Below, piece after piece: positions 48,275-56,947 of a stretch of DNA of 64,000 nt. The notes beneath the pieces are model-generated. The model was given only the letters and a program-made list of their open reading frames with translations, was not told the DNA's origin and made no database searches. Source of the DNA: Vulcanimicrobiota bacterium (lineage in GTDB: Bacteria; Vulcanimicrobiota; Xenobia; Xenobiales; JADMJV01); the NCBI GenBank assembly GCA_050250895.1, contig JBFWNU010000001.1, forward strand, positions 2,692,891-2,756,890, read 5' to 3'. The first letter of the stretch is position 1; each line of letters opens with the position of its first letter. Made by a program: the position numbers and the translations under genes.

Positions 48275-49188
48275 TCTGGCAACTTCAATGGGAATCGATG
48301 GTCAAGACCGCTCTTCTCGAGGACCTTGGCGGCATGGGCGATGTCACCACCGAGGCCATCGTGCCGGTGTCCCACTGCAGCCGGGCCACGATCGTGGCCC
48401 GCCAGGCGGGCGTGATGGCGGGCTCGGCAGTGGTGGTCGAGGTCTTCCGCCAACTCGACCCCGAGTTGCGCGTCGAGGTCAAGGTGGGCGATGGCCAGAG
48501 CTTCACCACCGGCCAAACTCTGATCGCGCTGCGCGGCTCTTCGCGAGCCATTCTGGTAGGCGAGCGCACCGCCCTGAACTTTCTGGCCCGAGCCTGCGCC
48601 ATCGCCAGCCAGACCCGGCAGGTCGTAGAAGCCATCGCGGCTACCGGCGCTCGGGTGGTGGCCACGCGCAAGACCACCCCGGGCTTGCGCCTGCTCGAGA
48701 AGCACGCCGTCGAGATGGGCGGAGGCCTGCCCCACCGTTTCGGTCTGGATGACGCCATCTTGATCAAGGACAATCACGTGGCCGTGGCCGGTGGAGTAGC
48801 CGAGGCGCTCAAAAGGGCTCGCCGCCGGGCTGGCCATATGCTGAAAGTCGAGGTGGAGGTCGATACCCTCGAGCAGTTGGCCGAGGTCCTGCCGCTGGGC
48901 CCGGATGTGGTCTTGCTCGACAATATGCCGCCGGCCACGCTACGACGCGCGGTCGAGATGGTGGCTAGACGCTGCCCCACCGAAGCCTCGGGGGGGATCA
49001 CGCTAGAGACCGCTCGCCAGGTGGCCGAAAGCGGCGTAGATTATCTGTCTCTGGGCAGCCTGACCCATTCGGTGAACGCCTGCGACCTCTCCATGGAGTT
49101 CTCGACAAACACCGATGGTAGTGCTATTCTGGCTGACGAGCATGTTGGAAGCCTACGGTTGGAACAGCCAGTTCCAACAAGCCTTTGA
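48271..49188 (+). CDS. nadC: Quinolinate phosphoribosyltransferase
   Basis: ALLEDLG..GDVTT, ERTALNFL, TRKTTPGLR, HRFGLDDAILIKDNH, EVEVD, LLDNM, EASGGIT. Confidence 0.96.
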   Translation: MIWQLQWESMVKTALLEDLGGMGDVTTEAIVPVSHCSRATIVARQAGVMAGSAVVVEVFRQLDPELRVEVKVGDGQSFTTGQTLIALRGSSRAILVGERTALNFLARACAIASQTRQVVEAIAATGARVVATRKTTPGLRLLEKHAVEMGGGLPHRFGLDDAILIKDNHVAVAGGVAEALKRARRRAGHMLKVEVEVDTLEQLAEVLPLGPDVVLLDNMPPATLRRAVEMVARRCPTEASGGITLETARQVAESGVDYLSLGSLTHSVNACDLSMEFSTNTDGSAILADEHVGSLRLEQPVPTSL

Positions 49189-50188
49189 TGCACTCGAACA
49201 TCCTGACTGGCTGGCCGGCCGGGTGGTGGCTCAGAAAGACTACCACTATCAGATCATCACCCGCCAGGGTGAGGTGACGGCCCCGCCGGCCGGTGTTCTT
49301 TTTCACAAGAAAACCACCCTCGACCTGCCCGCCGTCGGCGATTGGGTGGCTGCCTGTCCGCGCGGCGACGACTATGTCATCGAAGAGTTGCTGCCACGCA
49401 CCAGCGTGTTCGTGCGCCAGTCGGCCGGCCGCACCAGTTCGGCCCAGGTCATCGCGGCCAATCTCGACCGGGTGCTGGTGGTGATGGGGCTCGACGGCGA
49501 TTTTAACGTGCGCCGGCTGGAGCGGTTTCTGGTCACCGTCATCGAAGGCGGCGGCCGCCCCGTGGTGTTGCTCACCAAAGCCGACTGTTGTCCCGAATTA
49601 GAAACCCGCCTGGCCGCAGCCGAGGCTTGCTCCCCGGGCTTGCCGGTGCTGGCCGTGAGTGCGGTCACCGGTCAGGGCCTCGAGGCGCTGGCCCCCTACC
49701 TCGAGCGAGGGCAGACGGTGGCCCTGGTTGGCTCGTCGGGAGTGGGCAAGTCCACTCTGCTCAACCGGCTGGCCGGGCGCGACATCGCCCCGACTCAGAC
49801 CGTGCGCGAGAACGACAGTCGGGGGCGCCACACCACGACCCACCGCGAGTTGTTTCTGTTGCCCGACGGAGCCATGGTGGTCGACACTCCCGGCCTGCGC
49901 GAATTGCAGTTGTGGGCCGGCACAGTAGGGCTCGAACTGGCCTTTGCCGACATCTGCGCCCTGGCCGAGCAGTGCCGTTTCGGCGACTGCGGGCATGAAC
50001 TCGAGCCCGCCTGCGCAGTGCGAGCCGCCATCGAAGACGGCAGCCTCGACCCTGACCGTTTGGAAAGCTATCGCGACCTTTGCGACGAGGTCGAGCGCAG
50101 CGAACGCCAGAAGGCCGTGCGCGAGCAAGCCCGTGATCGCCGGCGCAAGAACCGCCGCGACCAGCGCGGCCGCCGCTTCGAAAACTAG
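49142..50188 (+). CDS. rsgA: Ribosome small subunit-dependent GTPase A
   Basis: AVGDWV, AANLD, TKAD, GSSGVGKSTL, GRHTTTHR, DTPGLRE, CRFGDCGHELEPAC. Confidence 0.95.
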   Translation: MLEAYGWNSQFQQAFDALEHPDWLAGRVVAQKDYHYQIITRQGEVTAPPAGVLFHKKTTLDLPAVGDWVAACPRGDDYVIEELLPRTSVFVRQSAGRTSSAQVIAANLDRVLVVMGLDGDFNVRRLERFLVTVIEGGGRPVVLLTKADCCPELETRLAAAEACSPGLPVLAVSAVTGQGLEALAPYLERGQTVALVGSSGVGKSTLLNRLAGRDIAPTQTVRENDSRGRHTTTHRELFLLPDGAMVVDTPGLRELQLWAGTVGLELAFADICALAEQCRFGDCGHELEPACAVRAAIEDGSLDPDRLESYRDLCDEVERSERQKAVREQARDRRRKNRRDQRGRRFEN

Positions 50189-50239
50189 CTGTCAGCGGAT
50201 GTCATGCTCGACCCCCTATACCAGGGTATAGTGGTCAGC

Positions 50240-50941
50240 ATGAAAAAGATCGCCACCCTCTTGCTTGTAGCCCTAATCGTTACCGGTCCGACTCTCGCCC
50301 AGGATAAGAAGAAGAGGGGCGCGACCGCCACCAGTAACTCCAAGGTCTTGGTGACGCCGAGTTTCATGCCCAGGGGTGCCTCAAGCACGATGACCTCGTT
50401 TTCGAGCGCTCCCAGCGGTGCTTCCAAAGTGTTGCAGGGGCCCTCCAGCGTCTTGAGCGCCCCCCGCCTGGCTCCGGTCTCGACGGCCTACGGCCTGGCC
50501 CCGGTTCCGGGTGGCGCATCCAAAGTCTTCACCACCGGCTCCAGCAGTCTGGTCAGTAATTCGAAAGTCGTTCTCACTGGCTCGAGCGCCGGTGTCACCC
50601 CCTCGAAGGTGTTCGTCACTCCCCGCGAGGCCGTTCCCAATCGCGAGCAAGACCCGGTCAACTTCCAGTCTCCCGCCCAGGCCCGTCACACCCAGCAGCG
50701 CTACCAGCGTAACTACTACCGTATCCCGCTGATTCAGGCCCCGGCCATCCCCTCCGTGGCCACTCCGGTCGACAACCAGCACCGCAACTATGTCAACTCG
50801 AAGGACTTCGACTGGGAGCTTCTCTACAACCCGCAGACGATGCATAGCAGGAAAGCCAGAGAATACCGTCAGAGGCATCCCTTTCTAAGGCCTCCGGGCA
50901 CCGATGGCGCCCAACTTGGTCGCCTGGTCTCGGACATCTAG
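50240..50941 (+). CDS. Secreted low-complexity protein with repeated SKV motifs
   Basis: Signal peptide MKKIATLLLVALIVTGPTLA; five S-K-V-(L/F/V) repeats. Confidence 0.65.
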   Translation: MKKIATLLLVALIVTGPTLAQDKKKRGATATSNSKVLVTPSFMPRGASSTMTSFSSAPSGASKVLQGPSSVLSAPRLAPVSTAYGLAPVPGGASKVFTTGSSSLVSNSKVVLTGSSAGVTPSKVFVTPREAVPNREQDPVNFQSPAQARHTQQRYQRNYYRIPLIQAPAIPSVATPVDNQHRNYVNSKDFDWELLYNPQTMHSRKAREYRQRHPFLRPPGTDGAQLGRLVSDI

Positions 50942-50943
50942 CG

Positions 50944-51693
50944 CTAGTGCCGCGGCGTGACGCGGATGGTCTGGGTGAACAGCGTCGGAGGGCTCGAGCC
51001 TTCGTCGCGCAAAATCTTGAGGGTCACCTGCACCAGGCGGGTGTTGCCGTTGGCCGGCTGGGTGCGTGGGTTTTCGGCGGTCAGGCTCTCGGTTCCATCC
51101 TCGCCCCCTTCGCGGCGCACGAACATCACTTCAAAGCCACCCCCGTCGCCGGTGTCGAACTTGCCGCCTTCACCCACCCCATCGATGGTCAGATTCGACA
51201 AGAGCACGTTTTCGAGCAAAGCGTGACTGTTGTCTTTTAGGGCTGACGGCAACATCGAGCTGAGTTGGGGCAGTTGCGGCAATTTGTCCTTGTCACTGAC
51301 GTCTTCTTGCCAGCGATAGAGCGTGCCCGTCTTGGCATTCGTTTTCTTGACCGTATAAAAAACGGTGCTGTCCCACTGGGGGGCTCCGTAGTCGTTGATC
51401 ACGAAATTGCGCTTGTCGTCATAAGCCCCGGCCATCGACAAGCCGGGAGCCTCGGTGGACGAAGTCTTGTTGGGATAGGCCGTGATGCTGGCCAGGGCGG
51501 TGGTTTGCAGGTCTTTGCGAATTACGTCGAGGGCCGAGCCGGTGCGGCCGCTCACCAGTGCATCGGCGTAGACCTGCTTCTGGGTGCGACTGCTGAGGAT
51601 ATAGACCGACCCGATGGTCACCATGGCCACCGCGAACAACCCGATGTAGATGACCATCTCGATGAGCGTGTAGCCCCGCCGATTTAACGCCAT
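50944..51693 (-). CDS. PilW/PulJ-like prepilin
   Basis: RRG|YTLIEMVIYIGLFAVAMVTIG. Confidence 0.82.
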   Translation of the reverse strand: MALNRRGYTLIEMVIYIGLFAVAMVTIGSVYILSSRTQKQVYADALVSGRTGSALDVIRKDLQTTALASITAYPNKTSSTEAPGLSMAGAYDDKRNFVINDYGAPQWDSTVFYTVKKTNAKTGTLYRWQEDVSDKDKLPQLPQLSSMLPSALKDNSHALLENVLLSNLTIDGVGEGGKFDTGDGGGFEVMFVRREGGEDGTESLTAENPRTQPANGNTRLVQVTLKILRDEGSSPPTLFTQTIRVTPRH

Positions 51694-52130
51694 ACGGGCA
51701 CCTGCACGACCAGTTCCTTGTTGTCCTCGGCGTGGTTGGTGGGGGCGCCCTGGGTCTGGTCGTTGCCCACGTTCTCGCGCCAGGTCAAGGTGAGAGTCAC
51801 GATGTCGTTGTTGTCGGCGGCGTTGCCGATGAAGCTGCCGTTCTGGAACTCGATTTTCTTGTGCAGGATCATCTGCTGCTGGCGCCCTTTGATAAAAAGC
51901 ACAGCCGGAGTGTCGGTCTCTTCGCTCCAGTTCTTGGGAGCCGGCTCGCCGTAGGGGTGAGCCTCGAACTCCTCGAGGTAGTTGATGGCCACTCGCGCGG
52001 CCAGCGTACGCATGCGGCTCTGGGCCGATTGGCGGGCGCTCGACGAAAAGACCGAGAAGAAGGTGAAGAAGCCCAGAGTCATCAGAATCAGGGCGATCAC
52101 GATTTCGACTACGCTAAAGCCTCGCCTCAT
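51684..52130 (-). CDS. PilV-like prepilin
   Basis: MRRG|FSVVEIVIALILMTLGFF; C-terminal VTLTLTW. Confidence 0.82.
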   Translation of the reverse strand: MRRGFSVVEIVIALILMTLGFFTFFSVFSSSARQSAQSRMRTLAARVAINYLEEFEAHPYGEPAPKNWSEETDTPAVLFIKGRQQQMILHKKIEFQNGSFIGNAADNNDIVTLTLTWRENVGNDQTQGAPTNHAEDNKELVVQVPVWR

Positions 52131-55093
52131 CGGCTCCACCCCTCGCTGACCACCTTGGTAAAGCCGCTGGTGACGTCGATGGCGGTGCTGCCTTTTTGTT
52201 GGTCGCGAGCCTCACCATACAGGAAGTCGGCGCCGCGCCCGATGAAATCGGACGGGGAATCGGCCGGCAGGTGGAGCGAGGCGCGCCCGAAGTAGGGCAC
52301 ATAGAGCAGACGCCCGTTGATCTCGATGTCGCCGTTGAGCACTGTCACGGTTCCCACCACATTGCGGCAGTTGGCCCGGAAGCTGTTTTTGGCGACGAAC
52401 ATCCCCGAGGCCACCAGAGGGGTGACGCTACTGCTCGAGCCGTTGCTGTCAAAGCCTATCGCGATGTCCTCGGCGTAGATGAAGACCCCCGGCACCTCGC
52501 GCAGGATGCCGTCGTCTACCGAGTCGATGATCCGCTGCTTGAGCTGGTCGAGCACCTGGTTGAGGACATCTTTGACCTTGTCCATGGCTTGATTGATAAA
52601 CTTCTTGGCCAGATCTTCCAGGCTGTCGATACCGCTATCAAAGCCGGCCAGATCGATGATGGTGTCGAGGGCGTCGCCGATGAAGGAGCCGCCGGGAATG
52701 GCCGCGGCCGCCAGGATTTTCGTGATCACCTTCTGGATGACTTTCTTGACCACGAATACGGCCAGATCGGTCAGCACATCGGTGGCGAAGGTCTTGAGTT
52801 CTTCCTTCCAGTCGAAGTCGACGGTGATACCGCTCAGCGAAAGGCCGGTCAAGCCCTGACCCGCTTTGATGGGATCGATCTTGGGCACCATCGGAACCAC
52901 GCCTTCGCCGAAGAACCACCAGTCACAATGGGTGTAGAGGTTCTCGCCCAGGTTCCAGTTGAGCACCGGGGTATACAGGTAGGTCAGTGCCCGGAAGATG
53001 GTTACGTACATGTTCTTGTGGGGCAACGGGATCGGCGTAGGAACCGGGACTTCGATGACCGGAATAATCGTGATCTGGAAGGTGGTGGCGAACTGGGCCG
53101 GATAAGGGCGTCGCATGTGGAACGGGCCAACCAGTTTGGCCAGGTTGGGGGCCACGTTCACGAAAATGGGGGTGATGGCGTCAGCCGCCTGGACCAGCGC
53201 TGGAGCCTTGAGCACATCGCCCACCCAGCGAGCCAGATCGTCGAGAGTCGCACCGGCAAAAGAGCCGTTGCGCAGGGTGACTTTGCCTCCGCATAGGATG
53301 GAGGCATTCAGCGGATGGATCTGTCCCGGCCGCGAGCCCACCAGCACCGAGCCCAACAGGTTGCTGCCCACCGCTTCGAAGTCTTTGCCCACCACCAAAG
53401 TGGCTCCCTCTTCGAGGAACAACCGGCCTTTGGGAAAGAACGGATTGAGCGACTGGGCGGTGCTCGAAGAGGGCTTTACCAGCGTCAGATTGCCGGTCAC
53501 GGCGAAGACGCCACCCTTTTGCACCCAGACATCGCCGGTCACGGTCATGTCCCCGTCGAAGCGGAAGGTGCGTCCGCGCGGCACCGTCCAGGTCACGGCC
53601 GACTCGAGTTCGCGAGAACCCGAGAAGCTGGTCTTGACATCGAAAAGATCGCTGGTGTCTCGGGTCTTGTCGCTGCCGAAGTGGACGATACGCACCCGCG
53701 GGGCGATGGCGTCGAAGGCGGTGTCAAGATCGAGGGTCAGCATGCCCTCGATGATCTTGGCGAAGCTGTTGATGACCCAGGAATAGCTCCACCCTACCGT
53801 TCCCGACTTCTTGGGAATATCGTCGATGTCGTCCTGGCGGGTGGCGGGCGGGTCTTTAATGTTGCCACCCGTCTGGTTTTCGATCTTCTTGCGGCTGGCT
53901 TCGGCGTTGTCCTTGAGGTTCTGCTCGGCGTCTTTATACTGCTTCTCGATCTTGTCGAGCTCTTTTTGAGCGTCGTCAAGATCCTTCTGCAGGTCGGCCT
54001 TTTTGTTTTTGTCGCTCTCGGCGTTGACCTTGGCCTGCAGGTCCTGGACCTTCTTCTTGGCTGCCTCCCATTTCTCGCGCAGCGCTTTGAGTTCTTTGGC
54101 CGAATTCTGACCCTTCGCTTCATCGGCACCGTCAAAGCTGGCCAGATCCGAAACAAACGGCACGAAGAAATAGACTTCGTAGAACAAGCCGGGGATGGTC
54201 TGGGCGATGACCGGGATGATCGGCATGCGGAAGTTCATCGCTTCTTCCAGCGTCGGGCTGAAGGTGCCGCTGTCGAAGTCTCCGCCGGTGAACAACGAGA
54301 AGACCTCGCCGACTTTGGAAAAGATGTTCCCGGCGATCAGTCTGGTTTTGTCTCCGGAAATCGACTTGCCTTCGAGCGTCTGCTTGGCCTGTTCGCAGGC
54401 TGCCGCCAATTGACCGGAGTAGTCGCGCAGGGGCGCCCCGTGGGCGAAGGCGACGGCCAGGCCATCGTCGATTTCTACTCCGCCTTTGGAGTAGGCGTAG
54501 CCATAACGCAGTTTGTCCAGGTCGATTTTGCCGCTGGCGAAGAGCAGGGCCGCTTCGCCCGAGGGAGCCTCGCCGGCATCCTGGACTTTGTCATTGGCGA
54601 AGGTGGGGTTGGACCAACCAAACACCTCGCTGATGGTGATCTTTCCTTTGGGAGCGTAAGCCGCATAGGTGGCCCCTTCGCGACTGACCACCTCCCACTT
54701 GCGGGGTCCGAACACGCGCAGGGCAAGATCGCTGGTCTTGGGCTTGACCTTGAACTCGCGAACGGTCGGGGGGGACTCGGTGTCTTCCTGCGGGGCCAGG
54801 TCGGGCATGCCGGTAAAAAGCTTGCTGGCGACGATGGTCTCGATCTTGCTGGGATGGTCATCTTCGGTGTCACCCGAGACCGACACCCAGGAAGGCTCGG
54901 CGGCCGCGCTGGTTTGCAGTTCGTGGGCCACCTCGTAGCGGCGTCCCTGTTCAAAGAGGAGCTCGGCTTCAGCCTGCATCATGGTACGCCGGCTGGTAGC
55001 CTGCTGATAATGCAGGCCCGCCACCAGCGTGATCAGGATGAACAGCATCGCCATGACGACCGGCAGTAGGGCGGCACGGCGACGGCACTTCAT
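52127..55093 (-). CDS. Giant (988 aa) PilX-like protein with coiled-coil and hydrophobic helical inserts
   Basis: MKCRRRA|ALLPVVMAMLFILITLV N-terminus; K/E/Q-rich coiled coil; beta-helix-like GDMTVTGDVWV; position analogous to the other PilX genes. Confidence 0.7.
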   Translation of the reverse strand: MKCRRRAALLPVVMAMLFILITLVAGLHYQQATSRRTMMQAEAELLFEQGRRYEVAHELQTSAAAEPSWVSVSGDTEDDHPSKIETIVASKLFTGMPDLAPQEDTESPPTVREFKVKPKTSDLALRVFGPRKWEVVSREGATYAAYAPKGKITISEVFGWSNPTFANDKVQDAGEAPSGEAALLFASGKIDLDKLRYGYAYSKGGVEIDDGLAVAFAHGAPLRDYSGQLAAACEQAKQTLEGKSISGDKTRLIAGNIFSKVGEVFSLFTGGDFDSGTFSPTLEEAMNFRMPIIPVIAQTIPGLFYEVYFFVPFVSDLASFDGADEAKGQNSAKELKALREKWEAAKKKVQDLQAKVNAESDKNKKADLQKDLDDAQKELDKIEKQYKDAEQNLKDNAEASRKKIENQTGGNIKDPPATRQDDIDDIPKKSGTVGWSYSWVINSFAKIIEGMLTLDLDTAFDAIAPRVRIVHFGSDKTRDTSDLFDVKTSFSGSRELESAVTWTVPRGRTFRFDGDMTVTGDVWVQKGGVFAVTGNLTLVKPSSSTAQSLNPFFPKGRLFLEEGATLVVGKDFEAVGSNLLGSVLVGSRPGQIHPLNASILCGGKVTLRNGSFAGATLDDLARWVGDVLKAPALVQAADAITPIFVNVAPNLAKLVGPFHMRRPYPAQFATTFQITIIPVIEVPVPTPIPLPHKNMYVTIFRALTYLYTPVLNWNLGENLYTHCDWWFFGEGVVPMVPKIDPIKAGQGLTGLSLSGITVDFDWKEELKTFATDVLTDLAVFVVKKVIQKVITKILAAAAIPGGSFIGDALDTIIDLAGFDSGIDSLEDLAKKFINQAMDKVKDVLNQVLDQLKQRIIDSVDDGILREVPGVFIYAEDIAIGFDSNGSSSSVTPLVASGMFVAKNSFRANCRNVVGTVTVLNGDIEINGRLLYVPYFGRASLHLPADSPSDFIGRGADFLYGEARDQQKGSTAIDVTSGFTKVVSEGWSR

Positions 55094-55806
55094 TCGGCTT
55101 CCTCGGCGTCGAGGTAACGGGTCGGCTCGGCCAATTCATGCAGACTGGCCACCGTGGGCGCCTCGGCACTGGGCTTCCAAAACCGGAAGATCAGTGACCA
55201 CTTCAGCTGGACCATCATCAGGTAGTAAAGAATAAAGTAGAAGAAGAAAAGCGAACTTAGCAGGCTGACCACAGGCACCGTCTGGGCCGGATAGACGGTG
55301 AAGTAGACCACGAAGCCGATCAGGTGCGAACCGATGCCCAGGTTGAGCAGGATTTTCTCGCGCAAACCGATGGTTTCGTCGGCCAGCACGTCTTGAATGG
55401 CCCAGGGTAGCGCCACCAACCAGAGGAGCGCTCCGCCGCAGATGTGACCGACCACCAGCGGGCCGGCCAGTTTAGACTCGCTGTATTGATGCACCAGATA
55501 GCCGAGCAGGCAGGCCTTGGTCAGCAGCAAGCCGCCGATGGGACCGGTCCACAACCAGAGCTTGGTCCAATCGTTGACCGGGCCTTTGAGCTTGGCCACG
55601 GGCGAGCGGCGTAGCAACCAGCGGCAGGCTTCGAGTCCGCCCCACGACATCCCCAGCTGAGCAAATAGCAGCAGCGTCTTCCAGTAGTCTGGCTTGATGA
55701 TGGGATGCTCGCGGTGGATCCAGAAGGCGAAGACCTCAAGACCCGTCACGACCAAAAACATGGCGAAGACCCTCAGCAAACCTTCATCCTTTCTGATACT
55801 GCTCAA
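55090..55806 (-). CDS. Integral membrane hypothetical protein
   Basis: About six hydrophobic segments; overlaps def and the giant PilX gene. Confidence 0.65.
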   Translation of the reverse strand: MSSIRKDEGLLRVFAMFLVVTGLEVFAFWIHREHPIIKPDYWKTLLLFAQLGMSWGGLEACRWLLRRSPVAKLKGPVNDWTKLWLWTGPIGGLLLTKACLLGYLVHQYSESKLAGPLVVGHICGGALLWLVALPWAIQDVLADETIGLREKILLNLGIGSHLIGFVVYFTVYPAQTVPVVSLLSSLFFFYFILYYLMMVQLKWSLIFRFWKPSAEAPTVASLHELAEPTRYLDAEEAE

Positions 55807-56305
55807 CTGCGAATCTGGGCTTGGCGCCCTTACGCCTGAAGACGTCGGACTTCAGGCAGACCACTCGGTCGAGAAACAGGACCCCGTCGAGATGGTCGAT
55901 CTCATGTTGGAGACAGACCGCCTCAAAGCCTGTTGATTCGAAAACTCGCATGGCTCCATTTTTGTCGAGGGCGCGAACCACGATGGTTTCGGCCCGGGCC
56001 ACGTTGGCGGTGAACTCTGGGATCGAGAGGCAGCCTTCGCGGCCAATCTTCGAGCCTTGTTTTGACACCAGTTCGGGGTTGACCAGGATCAATCGACCGT
56101 GGCCCTCTTTGGGGCTGACGTCGACCGCGATCACGCGCAGGTCGACGCCGATCTGGGGGGCGGCCACGCCCACGCCGGGACAGGCCTCCAGAGTGTCTTC
56201 AAGATCTTGCAATACCCGCCGCACCTCGTCGGTGAAGTCCTCCACCGGGCGGCAAACCTTTTTGAGAATCGGATCCGGATATAAAACGATGGGGCGAACG
56301 GGCAT
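55784..56305 (-). CDS. def: Peptide deformylase
   Basis: GVGVAAPQIG, EGCLS, QHEIDHLDG. Confidence 0.96.
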   Translation of the reverse strand: MPVRPIVLYPDPILKKVCRPVEDFTDEVRRVLQDLEDTLEACPGVGVAAPQIGVDLRVIAVDVSPKEGHGRLILVNPELVSKQGSKIGREGCLSIPEFTANVARAETIVVRALDKNGAMRVFESTGFEAVCLQHEIDHLDGVLFLDRVVCLKSDVFRRKGAKPRFAVEQYQKG

Positions 56306-56307
56306 CT

Positions 56308-56850
56308 TTAGAGGTGGGCCGTCTCCAGGGGCCGGACGGTAATGTCGACGCTGAGTTCCTTTGCCAGCTCTTTCAACCCCGCTTCGAATCCGCCAATCAC
56401 CGCCGACTCGGGCACATCGACCTCGAGGATCATGATGTAGACCGGCGAGCCCTGTCCCACCATCCGGGTATTGACGTCAGTGATGTTGACCTTTCTCTCG
56501 GCCAGACCGCGCGTAACCTGATGCACGATGCCGGGCCGGTCAGCGCCATAGACCGAGACGATGTAGGGCACGCCTGGCTCGCTCTCGGCCTGCTCGGTGT
56601 GGGCCGGCAACTCACGAAAGGACAAAATCAGGCGAAGTTGTTCCGCCACTTTCTGGAGTTCGTCCGAAAGAGCTTGTTCGGGAGTCTGGTCTGGCAGGGC
56701 AACGATCAAAATCATGGCGAACTCGCCCCGCAAGATGGTCATCGATGAATCTTCGATGTTGCAGCCGTGCAGAAAGAGAACCCGGCTGACTTCGGCCACG
56801 ATGCCCGGGCAGTCGCTACCCACCGCTGACAACGCCATCTTTCTCGACAT
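56308..56850 (-). CDS. Tandem ACT-domain protein (GcvR-like)
   Basis: AVGSDCPGIVAEV...CNIEDSSM and VYGADRPGIVHQV...VNITDV. Confidence 0.88.
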   Translation of the reverse strand: MSRKMALSAVGSDCPGIVAEVSRVLFLHGCNIEDSSMTILRGEFAMILIVALPDQTPEQALSDELQKVAEQLRLILSFRELPAHTEQAESEPGVPYIVSVYGADRPGIVHQVTRGLAERKVNITDVNTRMVGQGSPVYIMILEVDVPESAVIGGFEAGLKELAKELSVDITVRPLETAHL

Positions 56851-56947
56851 CTGACCCCACCTCCAGAAAACTTTGGGGCACGGTTCTCGCTCTCGAGGAG
56901 TTAACCCTTTGCAGGTTCACGAGGGGCCGATGAAAAAGGGCGGGCTA

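Noticed and set aside
53315-55069. 584-aa plus-strand ORF and similar long antisense ORFs elsewhere (e.g. 3030..4379, 22679..23992, 46940..48232)
   Set aside because: Typical stop-poor antisense frames of high-GC genes; the opposite strand is the better-supported gene in each case.
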